Shown here: in pieces, positions 1-8,176 of the stretch | Layout of the letters: each line of letters begins with the position of its first letter | Position numbering within the stretch: the first letter of the stretch is position 1 | Source of the DNA: Candidatus Obscuribacterales bacterium | GTDB taxonomy: Bacteria; Cyanobacteriota; Vampirovibrionia; Obscuribacterales; Obscuribacteraceae | Direction of reading: 5' to 3' | DNA length: 64,000 nucleotides | Assembly: GCA_965228855.1 (NCBI GenBank) | Contig: CBDDIJ010000003.1 | Span: 1,536,001-1,600,000, forward strand | Notes under the pieces: generated by a model | What the model saw: only the letters and a program-made list of their open reading frames with translations | What the model was told of the DNA's origin: nothing | The model's database searches: none | Position numbers and translations under genes: made by a program

Positions 1-2
1 GT

Positions 3-773
3 GGCTCGTGCGTGGTTGTCGATTGCGGAGTGGCACCCGGTCTGAGCCACCTGCTCGTAGGACGAGCCTACGCAGAACTTGGTGGTCTCGACAAAGTTCG
101 CATACTGGTTGGAGGAATGGCACAGAATCCGCCACCGGTCTTCCATCATGCCGTGTATTTCAATGCTTCTGATTTGCTCGCCGAATACGTCCGTCCAGCG
201 CGCGCCCGCATAAGTGGGAAAGATATTGCCCCCAATCCATTTGATGCCGCGATTGAGCAACATCAGGATCATGAGGCAGGAAGACTAGATGCCTTCCTCA
301 GTGACGGTCTGCGTTCGCTCCTCGACTCTTATCCGGATGTTCCTGATATGGTGGAGCGCACCTTGCGACTCGATGGACACATGGAAACGATGCGCCGTTT
401 GAATGAACTTGGATTGTTCGATGACGACAGCATACACGCGACCGCTAAGAAGCTTGGCAGCAAATACTCTGCCGATAAGTATCCGGACTTCCTCCTGATG
501 GTTGTAGAGGCGACTCGTGGCAACAAGACGCTTGCCTGGCGCCTGATGGATCGCGCGACCAATTGCGAATCTGCAATGAGTAGAACGACTGGCTACACCA
601 CTGCTGCTATGGCGATGGTCTTAGCTAGAAAGCAGTTTGCCAGGCCCGGCGTTTACGCTCCTGAGAAAGTTGGAGAGGAAGCTGGAATCGCTCAAATCAT
701 AGTTGACGATCTCAAAGAACGCGGTGTAAAAACCGAAGCCGTGGAAGCCACGCTGGGAGCACCCACTCGCTGA
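3..773 (+). CDS. Saccharopine dehydrogenase / lysine 6-dehydrogenase family protein, C-terminal part (5'-truncated by window edge)
   Basis: DCGVAPGLS, EYxRPAR, DGLRSL, TLR and SAMSRTTGY motifs typical of the Sacchrp_dh_C region; frame open to the window start. Confidence 0.8.
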   Translation, partial: GSCVVVDCGVAPGLSHLLVGRAYAELGGLDKVRILVGGMAQNPPPVFHHAVYFNASDLLAEYVRPARARISGKDIAPNPFDAAIEQHQDHEAGRLDAFLSDGLRSLLDSYPDVPDMVERTLRLDGHMETMRRLNELGLFDDDSIHATAKKLGSKYSADKYPDFLLMVVEATRGNKTLAWRLMDRATNCESAMSRTTGYTTAAMAMVLARKQFARPGVYAPEKVGEEAGIAQIIVDDLKERGVKTEAVEATLGAPTR

Positions 774-794
774 CTTCCGCTTCGACGTTCAATC

Positions 795-1469
795 CTACTG
801 TTGTTTACGTCTATTTAAATCGACGCCTTGATAATCGCGCTTTAAATAGGCACGATTGCTCTTAATTACTGATACCAGTGACGGTGACCGTTTTTCATCA
901 GATACGGAGTAGGCGAGAAGGAAAACCTGGCGACTGCGTTCAAGTAATTTGTCACGCTCTCTAGCGTCTTTCTGTAAATTTGCCTGCAGATAGAGTGAAA
1001 CTGCAAGATTATTGGCATCTCTCACAACTCTGGAGTCGGTTTTGTCCAGCCGGTTTATCTCGTAGCTCAAAATTGACTCGTAGCATTCGCTGGCATGCTT
1101 GAATGTCCCTTGAGATTGGTAGATTTCAGCCAGCATTAGAGCGTCCGAAACAAATCGTGGATTATAGTTTTTCTGTTCCGCCTGAGCATCGAATGCCCAG
1201 AACGGAAACATAACTTTGCTTGCCTCATGAGTCTTGCCTTCCAGCCACAGGACATTGGCAAACTTTCTGAGCAGTTCGGGATCTGACTTGAGACAGGCGT
1301 CTTTGCCACCGGCTTTGGTGACTTGCAATTGCAGGGAACTCTCTTGTTTTTCGAGTTGTTCCCAGTGATTCGGAGAGGGAACATTGTCGTTGGCGGCAAG
1401 CAGACTCTGGATTGTCGCCACGGACAGAAGTGACAGAGCAATAATCGTAGATGGTCGAGGCAGCCTCAA
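795..1469 (-). CDS. Secreted TPR-like protein
   Basis: N-terminal signal peptide; helical repeats (LAEIYQSQGTFKHA, NNLAVSLY); AGGAG upstream of TTG start. Confidence 0.6.
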   Translation of the reverse strand: MRLPRPSTIIALSLLSVATIQSLLAANDNVPSPNHWEQLEKQESSLQLQVTKAGGKDACLKSDPELLRKFANVLWLEGKTHEASKVMFPFWAFDAQAEQKNYNPRFVSDALMLAEIYQSQGTFKHASECYESILSYEINRLDKTDSRVVRDANNLAVSLYLQANLQKDARERDKLLERSRQVFLLAYSVSDEKRSPSLVSVIKSNRAYLKRDYQGVDLNRRKQQ

Positions 1470-1644
1470 ATTTACGCTCCTGATAGCGTGGGTTGCTCCC
1501 TTTAGTTTACCCGGTCGCTCAAGATCTAACTGTGATAGGCTTATGTTGCTTTATCTCTTGTTAATAGAGGTCATTTGATCAAGCCTCGTAGGGAGATAAA
1601 TGACGCTTCGAAAATGCAACATCTGACAAGTAGGGCTATCAGAA

Positions 1645-2295
1645 ATGAGTCGCGGCGACGACGATTTGAACAAGGCTAGATCGGAAACCGATATCGATTT
1701 ACGATCGACCGATGCCCAGGAATGTTTGCCAGTGAAGGAACCGGGGACTCGGCGCTTCTTTGAAATTTTGCAGACAATCGCCACGGTTATTTTCCTGGTG
1801 GTCACGGCGTTCTGGTTGACACCTGACAAGGCACCGAGTGCGGTGCTGAAGCAGACCATCGTCAATCCTATAAAAACGTTTTGGTTGTTCTGGGGATTGG
1901 AACAGAATTGGGCTTTGTTTTCGCCAATTATCAAGGATATCAACTATCACACGGTTGGCATCATCACCAGACAAGACGGCTCCAATGAGATCTGGGAAGC
2001 GCCACGCATGGACAAACTAGACCTGCTCGAACGGTTTCGCCAGGAGAAATACAGAAAATGGAGTATAGACAGTCTTCCGTGGCCGGACCACAAAGAATTC
2101 TGGCCTTATATCGCACGCTATGTGGGAAGGCAAAAGTATAGAGCGGACAATCCGCCGGCTAAGTTTACGCTCCTCTTGTTCTGGACTAAGATACCGCCGC
2201 CACTGACCTCATTCACAAGCCGAGGGAAACTGCCTCCACACACCAGTTGCAATAACGTGTTTACTTACGAATATTCCGCGGAGGATTTCCGCTGA
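1645..2295 (+). CDS. DUF5819 / SdpA-like membrane-anchored protein
   Basis: Single TM segment followed by the QNWALFSP motif; coupled to the downstream HTTM gene. Confidence 0.6.
   Translation: MSRGDDDLNKARSETDIDLRSTDAQECLPVKEPGTRRFFEILQTIATVIFLVVTAFWLTPDKAPSAVLKQTIVNPIKTFWLFWGLEQNWALFSPIIKDINYHTVGIITRQDGSNEIWEAPRMDKLDLLERFRQEKYRKWSIDSLPWPDHKEFWPYIARYVGRQKYRADNPPAKFTLLLFWTKIPPPLTSFTSRGKLPPHTSCNNVFTYEYSAEDFR
1679..1706. repeat. Solo copy of CCGATATCG palindromic repeat, within the 5' end of the CDS
   Basis: GATCGGAAACCGATATCGATTTACGATC is a near-perfect inverted repeat and almost identical to the copy at 14898. Confidence 0.7.
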
Positions 2296-3236
2296 TGTGG
2301 AAGAGCATCTGGGATTTGTGGCGCGGCTTTTGGTTTGAGCCGCAATCGATGACTACCCTGGCACTTTACAGAATCTGTTTCGGAATTCTGATCTTGCAAA
2401 CCTATGTGATTCATATCGGATTCGAGTTCTTAAACTGGTACGGACCGAACGCGGTTATTCCGATCGAGTCGGTAAGACAGTTTTTCTGGTGGAATGAGCC
2501 TCGTTTTGATTTGCTCCTTCTTCTCCCTCAGACCGATGCCTGGTACGTGGCGTTTTATGTTTCGTTCGTAATTGCCATCGCGTGCGCGACCGTAGGGTTA
2601 TGCACCAGAGTAAGTATGGCGTTCGTCTGCATGAGCCTAATAAGCCTGCACCATCATGATCCATTTAACATCAATGGCGGTGACACGTTTCTGCGCTTAA
2701 CCAGTATTTTTCTGGCATTCTCACACTGCGGTGAAGCCTGGTCTCTCGACAATTTGATTAAAAGAAAACGGGGAATCGCAATTCAACAATTACATAACCC
2801 ATGGGCTTGGCGAATGATTCAAGTTCAGCTTGCAATCGCTTATTGCGATACGTTTTGGTGCAAGATAGTAGGCCAGCAGTGGTTGGATGGCACCGCTGTT
2901 TACTACGCCACCCGGCTAGAAGATATGTACAGATTCGAGCTTCCTTTTCTTTTCGACAATCTATGGTTCTGCAAAATATTGTCCTGGTACACACTGGTCA
3001 TTGAATTTGCCATGTGGACCTTCGTATGGTTCAGAGAAACTAGATACTACATTCTCATCGGCACGCTCTTTCTTCACCTGGGAATAGACGTAGCAATCAA
3101 TTTGCCCGTGTTCGAGTGGGCATTTATCGCTGGTCTGGCGGCGTTTATCTATCCAGACGATCTTGACCAGATCAAGACCTGGTTAATCACCACGGTCAGG
3201 TCGCGGATAAAACCGAACCCGAACATGACTGCATAA
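2295..3236 (+). CDS. HTTM domain protein (SdpB / vitamin K-dependent gamma-carboxylase-like)
   Basis: LALYRICFG, NGGD, WSLD, K...WLDGTAVYY and LFLHLGI motifs; multiple TM helices; TGATG overlap with the upstream gene. Confidence 0.85.
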   Translation: MWKSIWDLWRGFWFEPQSMTTLALYRICFGILILQTYVIHIGFEFLNWYGPNAVIPIESVRQFFWWNEPRFDLLLLLPQTDAWYVAFYVSFVIAIACATVGLCTRVSMAFVCMSLISLHHHDPFNINGGDTFLRLTSIFLAFSHCGEAWSLDNLIKRKRGIAIQQLHNPWAWRMIQVQLAIAYCDTFWCKIVGQQWLDGTAVYYATRLEDMYRFELPFLFDNLWFCKILSWYTLVIEFAMWTFVWFRETRYYILIGTLFLHLGIDVAINLPVFEWAFIAGLAAFIYPDDLDQIKTWLITTVRSRIKPNPNMTA

Positions 3237-3344
3237 TTTCCGGGAGCCTCAACCTGAAGTATTAGAAGCAGCGGGCACGTTCACATCGATGGACATAAGG
3301 GAACATTGTTTATGTCCTAGATAGAATCAGAGGCACCGGTAAGC

Positions 3345-4142
3345 ATGCAGGCGGCATCGAAGGCTGATGTAATCAAGAAACATTTCAGTTTGCTTTGCGA
3401 ACTGAGAAAAAAGTACAGGATAGAAGTCGTTACTGATGAGGCTCTGAGCGATCCGGTCATTAGCTACAAACTATCGGATGTTTATGGGTCGACTCGGTAC
3501 CTCGAGTTCCTTAGTCATGAACTGGCGATTTATCCGATCTCAATCTTTGCTAGACTGCAGCTAGATCGGATAGTCTTATGCAGCGATCTGCAGAAACACG
3601 ACAAGCCGGTATCGGGCTGTGCAAGTATGTCTCTGTTTCCGGATAATCTGGCGCTGCGAATGTTATTCCGGAAAAACACAATTTATCTTGATATCAAATA
3701 CGATGGCACCGTCGACGGACTCGTCACCATTCATCATGAGCTATTTCATGCCATCGAGTCCCACGATTACAGCTGGCCACCATATGTAGATGCTTATTGG
3801 AACAGGCTCAATCCTGCGAATTTTCAGTATAAATCGGAAATGTTGGCTGATGACTATAATCCATCGCTCGATTTCGAAGGCTTTTTGACCGACTACTCGA
3901 TGCAGTCAGTTCGAGAGGACAAAGCTGAACTCTTCAGTCACATGATAGTGAATTTGCCACGACTGGAAGCACTTGCGAAGAATGATCAGATACTCGCGCA
4001 TAAGATTTTGCGACTTAAAAAGATACTGGGCAAATTTAGTCCGGATTTTGATGAGCAATTCTGGACGACAAGACAAGAGTGCGCAGTAACGGGTTTGCTC
4101 AAGGCGGAGTATGAGGACCTGTTACTGCCGCGCTTGCGTTAA
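3345..4142 (+). CDS. Putative zinc-binding metallopeptidase
   Basis: HHELFH (HExxH) plus FLTDYSMQSVREDKAELF downstream Glu motif. Confidence 0.7.
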   Translation: MQAASKADVIKKHFSLLCELRKKYRIEVVTDEALSDPVISYKLSDVYGSTRYLEFLSHELAIYPISIFARLQLDRIVLCSDLQKHDKPVSGCASMSLFPDNLALRMLFRKNTIYLDIKYDGTVDGLVTIHHELFHAIESHDYSWPPYVDAYWNRLNPANFQYKSEMLADDYNPSLDFEGFLTDYSMQSVREDKAELFSHMIVNLPRLEALAKNDQILAHKILRLKKILGKFSPDFDEQFWTTRQECAVTGLLKAEYEDLLLPRLR

Positions 4143-4412
4143 AGACGGTTCTCCAATGCTGCGGTCATAGGTGATTGAATCATTCTAAATATGATTGCTT
4201 GTCCATTTTCTCATGATTTTTGTCTAATATTAACACTTGGTATCTTGAATTATTTGAACGCTCTAATCGGGACCCCTGCTGTATTAACGGAGATTTACTT
4301 TTGTGGTTGTCAGAAAGTATTTTGGATAACATTTCAAGCGTAGCTATGAATGCCCGTTAATGATAATCTTACATTCATCGGCAATATACATTCATAAACG
4401 GCGGTCAGCGGC

Positions 4413-5213
4413 ATGGCATCTAGCATTGGCTCGCACAGAAACGTGCGATGGAAACGTGTACTCGATTTTTTGGCTGTGGCCGGACCTATTATCTGTTTGA
4501 TCGACTGCGTTGTATTGCCAGTGGCGAGTGCGTTGTTGCCGTTTCTAGGCATGACGGAATTCGGTCATGGAATAAATGATCAGCAATTGTTCTTGCTTAT
4601 CATTGCCATATGCGGACCGATTATTATTCCAGGCTACCTCAAGCACCGAAACAAGCGCGTTCTAACGATGTTCGCAGTCGCAATCAGTATGATGTTCATT
4701 GTCAATTTTGTTGATCTAATTGCTGACGAAACCGTTCACGCAATAATTTCTCTGAGCGCCGCATGTTTGCTAATTAAAGCTAATCGAGACAATAAAAAAC
4801 TGCTCTCGTGTGCGTGTTCAATGCATCACCACGGCGCAGATCATCAAACTCCGGCAGCGCAGGCGAGCAACGCATTCAGTCAACTGATCCACGTGCAAGG
4901 TGAACATATCCATTCTGATGCATGTTCAGGAGTGCATGATCACTCCATTCCTGAGAGCTCGGTTAATACGGCGCGCACATTCGCGCATGTTCATTCATTC
5001 CATTCCCGCTCATATACCTCCGAGGGAGAACAGCAGCTTGAGCACGATCACGCTGCCTGTCTCCATGAGGTCGTGGTAGCTCTTGATCGTCATAATCACG
5101 GACTTGACCCGAATCACTTTGAACCGCGAAACAATCTCAACTTTGAACCGGTAGCCGGAGCAGAAGCACTACATGCGGTGCAGGCTCCGCACACCGCAAA
5201 TTGCTGCGGCTAG
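4413..5213 (+). CDS. MerC-like membrane protein with His/Cys-rich C-terminal tail
   Basis: D..A..G..ICLIDCVVLP motif, four TM helices, GYLKHR, then a long His-rich tail ending in CCG. Confidence 0.7.
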   Translation: MASSIGSHRNVRWKRVLDFLAVAGPIICLIDCVVLPVASALLPFLGMTEFGHGINDQQLFLLIIAICGPIIIPGYLKHRNKRVLTMFAVAISMMFIVNFVDLIADETVHAIISLSAACLLIKANRDNKKLLSCACSMHHHGADHQTPAAQASNAFSQLIHVQGEHIHSDACSGVHDHSIPESSVNTARTFAHVHSFHSRSYTSEGEQQLEHDHAACLHEVVVALDRHNHGLDPNHFEPRNNLNFEPVAGAEALHAVQAPHTANCCG

Positions 5214-5273
5214 TCGGCAAATTATCTTCGAGCCTCCACTGCGTGCTTCCATCTGATAGTCTCACGTTCTGGT

Positions 5274-6377
5274 CTAGGCCACTGCAGGCGCTTTGAGATT
5301 GACCACAGTCAGAACTTGCGGCGACACATAGCTTCTTATGTCGCCATCTGTAACTGGTGGTGACGCTAGTATTTTGTCTAGCAGTTTTCCCTGGGACCAA
5401 TATTCTCGATCATTACTGATCCAGTGCAGCGCAAGGTAGAGCTGAGATGCTTTCTGGCTGATTCCTCCAAACACCTCCAGGATGAAACTCAAGATCGATC
5501 TTCTTAAGTTCGGATCTAAATCTGCACCAATTGCTTTGGCTTTTGGAATCGAGTTAGGATGTCGGTAGAGATAATCGAGTTTGCGAGCCACCAAACCAAC
5601 GACCTCCAGAGTGGATTGCTTGATCGCCACATCCATGCTCCATTCGTCCTTAAACCGCGCACAAAGATCATCAAAATAGCAAGGGCTCTCGGCGATTGTC
5701 GCAAAAATCTCCAGGTGCTGAGCGGTCAGCTCAGCCAACTCCTTTTCCAAAATTTCGGGAAACTCGTAAGAGAAAACTTCTCCTGTGCTTTCAATCGTAA
5801 TTTGTTTGGTGATCGTCTTTGGCGGAATTGTGTCTTCCGGTGAAGGCTCTTGTTGCTCTGCTTTCGGATGCTCGCGAGCAGGTGTTTCGGAACTTCTTCG
5901 AGCTATCGCTCTTTCGATTTCCGTACAATGTACCAGCTTCAACACGTCGTCGCTAGGAAACGACTGGATGATTACAAACGCGCATTTCTTCAACATGTTA
6001 AGGCTCGTTGAATAAACCACAGTGGAATGTCGGCTGAACTCGCTGGCGCTGAATTGCAGCCCTTCCTCAAGCAAAGTGACAAGGAAGAGATATTCAAGCG
6101 TAGAGGCTCTTCGTGTGTCTTCCAAAAACGTGCCGGTAGTGAAGGACTGTTTTCGGCCACAGCTGAGACATAGAATTTTTCGTTTGTTGTCGCAACGTAC
6201 GAATGTCTGCTTGAAACAATTCAAGCAGCGCAGAATCTGTTTGTCTGTCAGCATCTTGAACAAATAGGCCTCTCCAGACTCCACGCTCACAAATGTTTTA
6301 TCGAACGATTTGCGCCTCAACGCTATCAATTTTTCGTTGTCGGATATTTCGGTTGGTTTCTTCGATTTGTTTTTCAT
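5274..6377 (-). CDS. IS1595 transposase-derived protein (Zn ribbon + HTH), catalytic DDE core apparently absent, internal winged-helix-like segment
   Basis: CxxC...CxxCGRKQSFTTGTF Zn-ribbon motif; C-terminal FGGISQKASQLYL resembles the IS1595 HGVSxKxLQxYL motif; no VExDE catalytic motif; ATG at 6377 (ORF open to 6428). Confidence 0.55.
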   Translation of the reverse strand: MKNKSKKPTEISDNEKLIALRRKSFDKTFVSVESGEAYLFKMLTDKQILRCLNCFKQTFVRCDNKRKILCLSCGRKQSFTTGTFLEDTRRASTLEYLFLVTLLEEGLQFSASEFSRHSTVVYSTSLNMLKKCAFVIIQSFPSDDVLKLVHCTEIERAIARRSSETPAREHPKAEQQEPSPEDTIPPKTITKQITIESTGEVFSYEFPEILEKELAELTAQHLEIFATIAESPCYFDDLCARFKDEWSMDVAIKQSTLEVVGLVARKLDYLYRHPNSIPKAKAIGADLDPNLRRSILSFILEVFGGISQKASQLYLALHWISNDREYWSQGKLLDKILASPPVTDGDIRSYVSPQVLTVVNLKAPAVA

Positions 6378-6541
6378 AGTCGGAACCAGGACGGTGAACA
6401 AAACGGTTATAAAGTATCTTGTTCGCATCGTGAAGTAGCAAAACCCGCCATTTCATGGGGGTCTTGACGGTCGCTTTACGCGAAAGGGGGATTGACAGTC
6501 AAGCTTTCAGAAAGATTTAATCGAACGTCGAAGTCATAATT

Positions 6542-6634
6542 GATCGTAGTCCGATATCGGAAATTGAAGTCGAAAAACGTAGACCGATATCGAATTGAGA
6601 AGATAAGAGTCTCAATCCGATATCGGAATACGAT
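6542..6634. repeat. Array of three palindromic CCGATATCG(G) units, 33-bp period, intergenic
   Basis: GATATC centres at 6553, 6586 and 6619; units match the hisC array. Confidence 0.85.
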
Positions 6635-6668
6635 TAACGGAGACTGGAACCGCTCAATGGTAGAGCGT

Positions 6669-8084
6669 TCAGTGCATCCTCACCAAATCTTTTTCAAGCG
6701 CCTCGAGCGATTTCCCTTTTGTCTCAGGCATCAACTTCCAAACAAAAAGAATTTGAAGGAGCATCATGAACGCGAAAAATCCAAATACCGCGGGCTCGCC
6801 AGCGGCGGATACCACAACCGGGAATGAACCGGCGATGACGAAATTCCAAAACCAGTGTGTGAATGAGCCGACCGATTGACCATGGTTTCTTAATTGGTTT
6901 GGGAAAACCTCGGCCAAGAAAACCCACATAACCGCGCCTTGCGACATTGCAAAAGATGCGATGAAGGCAACCAACGCGATCAAAATGGCAATTTTGTCGA
7001 ATGACCCTGATGCGAAAATGACCGACATTCCGGACAGCGAAAAGAACAGACCGAAGGAGCCAATCCACATTAATGTCTTACGTCCGAATTTATCGATTGC
7101 CATCATGGCGCCGATAGTGGCAACCAGGTTTGTGACGCCTATAGCAAGGAACGTGAGACCGAGAGCTTCCTTCGTCGGCATGCCTGTTTTCTCTAGTATT
7201 CTCGGTGCGTAGTAGATGAAAACGTTTATGCCTGTGAACTGATTCAACGTTCCGAAAAAGAACGCGAGCATCGTGATGAATCGGTATTTCTTATCGAAAA
7301 GTGTCCAGAACGATGCCTGTGATTCTGACTCGATCAGAGTCTCTTTGATGTCTTGAATGATCACTTTGGGTTCTTCGGGATCCTTATAGATCGTTTCAAG
7401 CGTTTTCAAAGCCTCCGCATCGCGCCCTTTGCTTACCAACCAGCGGGGACTTTCCGGGACAAGGAACAATAGCGCGACAAACAGGAACGACGGAATCATC
7501 ATCGCTCCGAACATGTATCTCCAATTATCATCGAGTTTGCTCAGCGCTTCATTCGAAAAGTAAGCAACTAAAATTCCGATGACAATGTTTAGTTGTGCAA
7601 CCCCGACTAGTCGTCCGCGAATCCTGGCCGGAGACATTTCCGCGATGAACATGGGCGAAAGAACAGAAGCAAGACCTACTCCAATGCCTCCGATAAAACG
7701 TGAAAGGACAAGAATGTTCCAGGTAGGCGCAAGTGCACAACCAAGAGAAGAGATGAAATATAGAATGCCGGTTATGAACAAAGAATTTTTGCGACCGAGT
7801 GCACGCGCAGGAAAACCAGCGACGATAGCGCCGATTATCGTTCCAAGCAGGGCGCTGCTTACCGTCCATCCCCACTCGGCATCGTTTAGTTTAAAATACG
7901 GCACCACAAACGGATCTGTACCGGAAATCACAGCTGTATCGAATCCGAAGAGAAATCCACCCAGCGCTGCCACAAAGGTAATGAAAAATAGAATTGGTTT
8001 CATTGCAAGTTTCTGTACTGGACTTGTCAGGGTTGCCGTCGCCGCAGTTGAAGGCAAATCAGGCAGACAAGACTCTAAGGTCAA
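6669..8084 (-). CDS. Sugar porter family MFS transporter (XylE/GlcP-like)
   Basis: GGFLFGFDTAVISG, LGRK, PESPRWL, EVFP and PETKGKSLE motifs; 12 TM; start may be ATG 8003. Confidence 0.95.
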   Translation of the reverse strand: MTLESCLPDLPSTAATATLTSPVQKLAMKPILFFITFVAALGGFLFGFDTAVISGTDPFVVPYFKLNDAEWGWTVSSALLGTIIGAIVAGFPARALGRKNSLFITGILYFISSLGCALAPTWNILVLSRFIGGIGVGLASVLSPMFIAEMSPARIRGRLVGVAQLNIVIGILVAYFSNEALSKLDDNWRYMFGAMMIPSFLFVALLFLVPESPRWLVSKGRDAEALKTLETIYKDPEEPKVIIQDIKETLIESESQASFWTLFDKKYRFITMLAFFFGTLNQFTGINVFIYYAPRILEKTGMPTKEALGLTFLAIGVTNLVATIGAMMAIDKFGRKTLMWIGSFGLFFSLSGMSVIFASGSFDKIAILIALVAFIASFAMSQGAVMWVFLAEVFPNQLRNHGQSVGSFTHWFWNFVIAGSFPVVVSAAGEPAVFGFFAFMMLLQILFVWKLMPETKGKSLEALEKDLVRMH

Positions 8085-8176
8085 CCGACCTGATTGCAGG
8101 TCCTGACTTTAGCACGTTTTGGCAGGCGGCGGTGTGGTCTGCAAGCCGATCGGCATTGACTGTATAATCTCTTTCC

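Noticed and set aside
5214..6540. Intact IS1595 insertion sequence
   Set aside because: No terminal inverted repeats or target duplication found and no catalytic DDE motif
6542..6634. CRISPR array interpretation of the palindromic arrays
   Set aside because: Linkers are only ~9 bp, units are degenerate, there are three per array and no cas genes are in the window
6540..6827. 95-aa plus-strand ORF with RYR repeats
   Set aside because: It is a translation of the palindrome array and overlaps the sugar porter antisense
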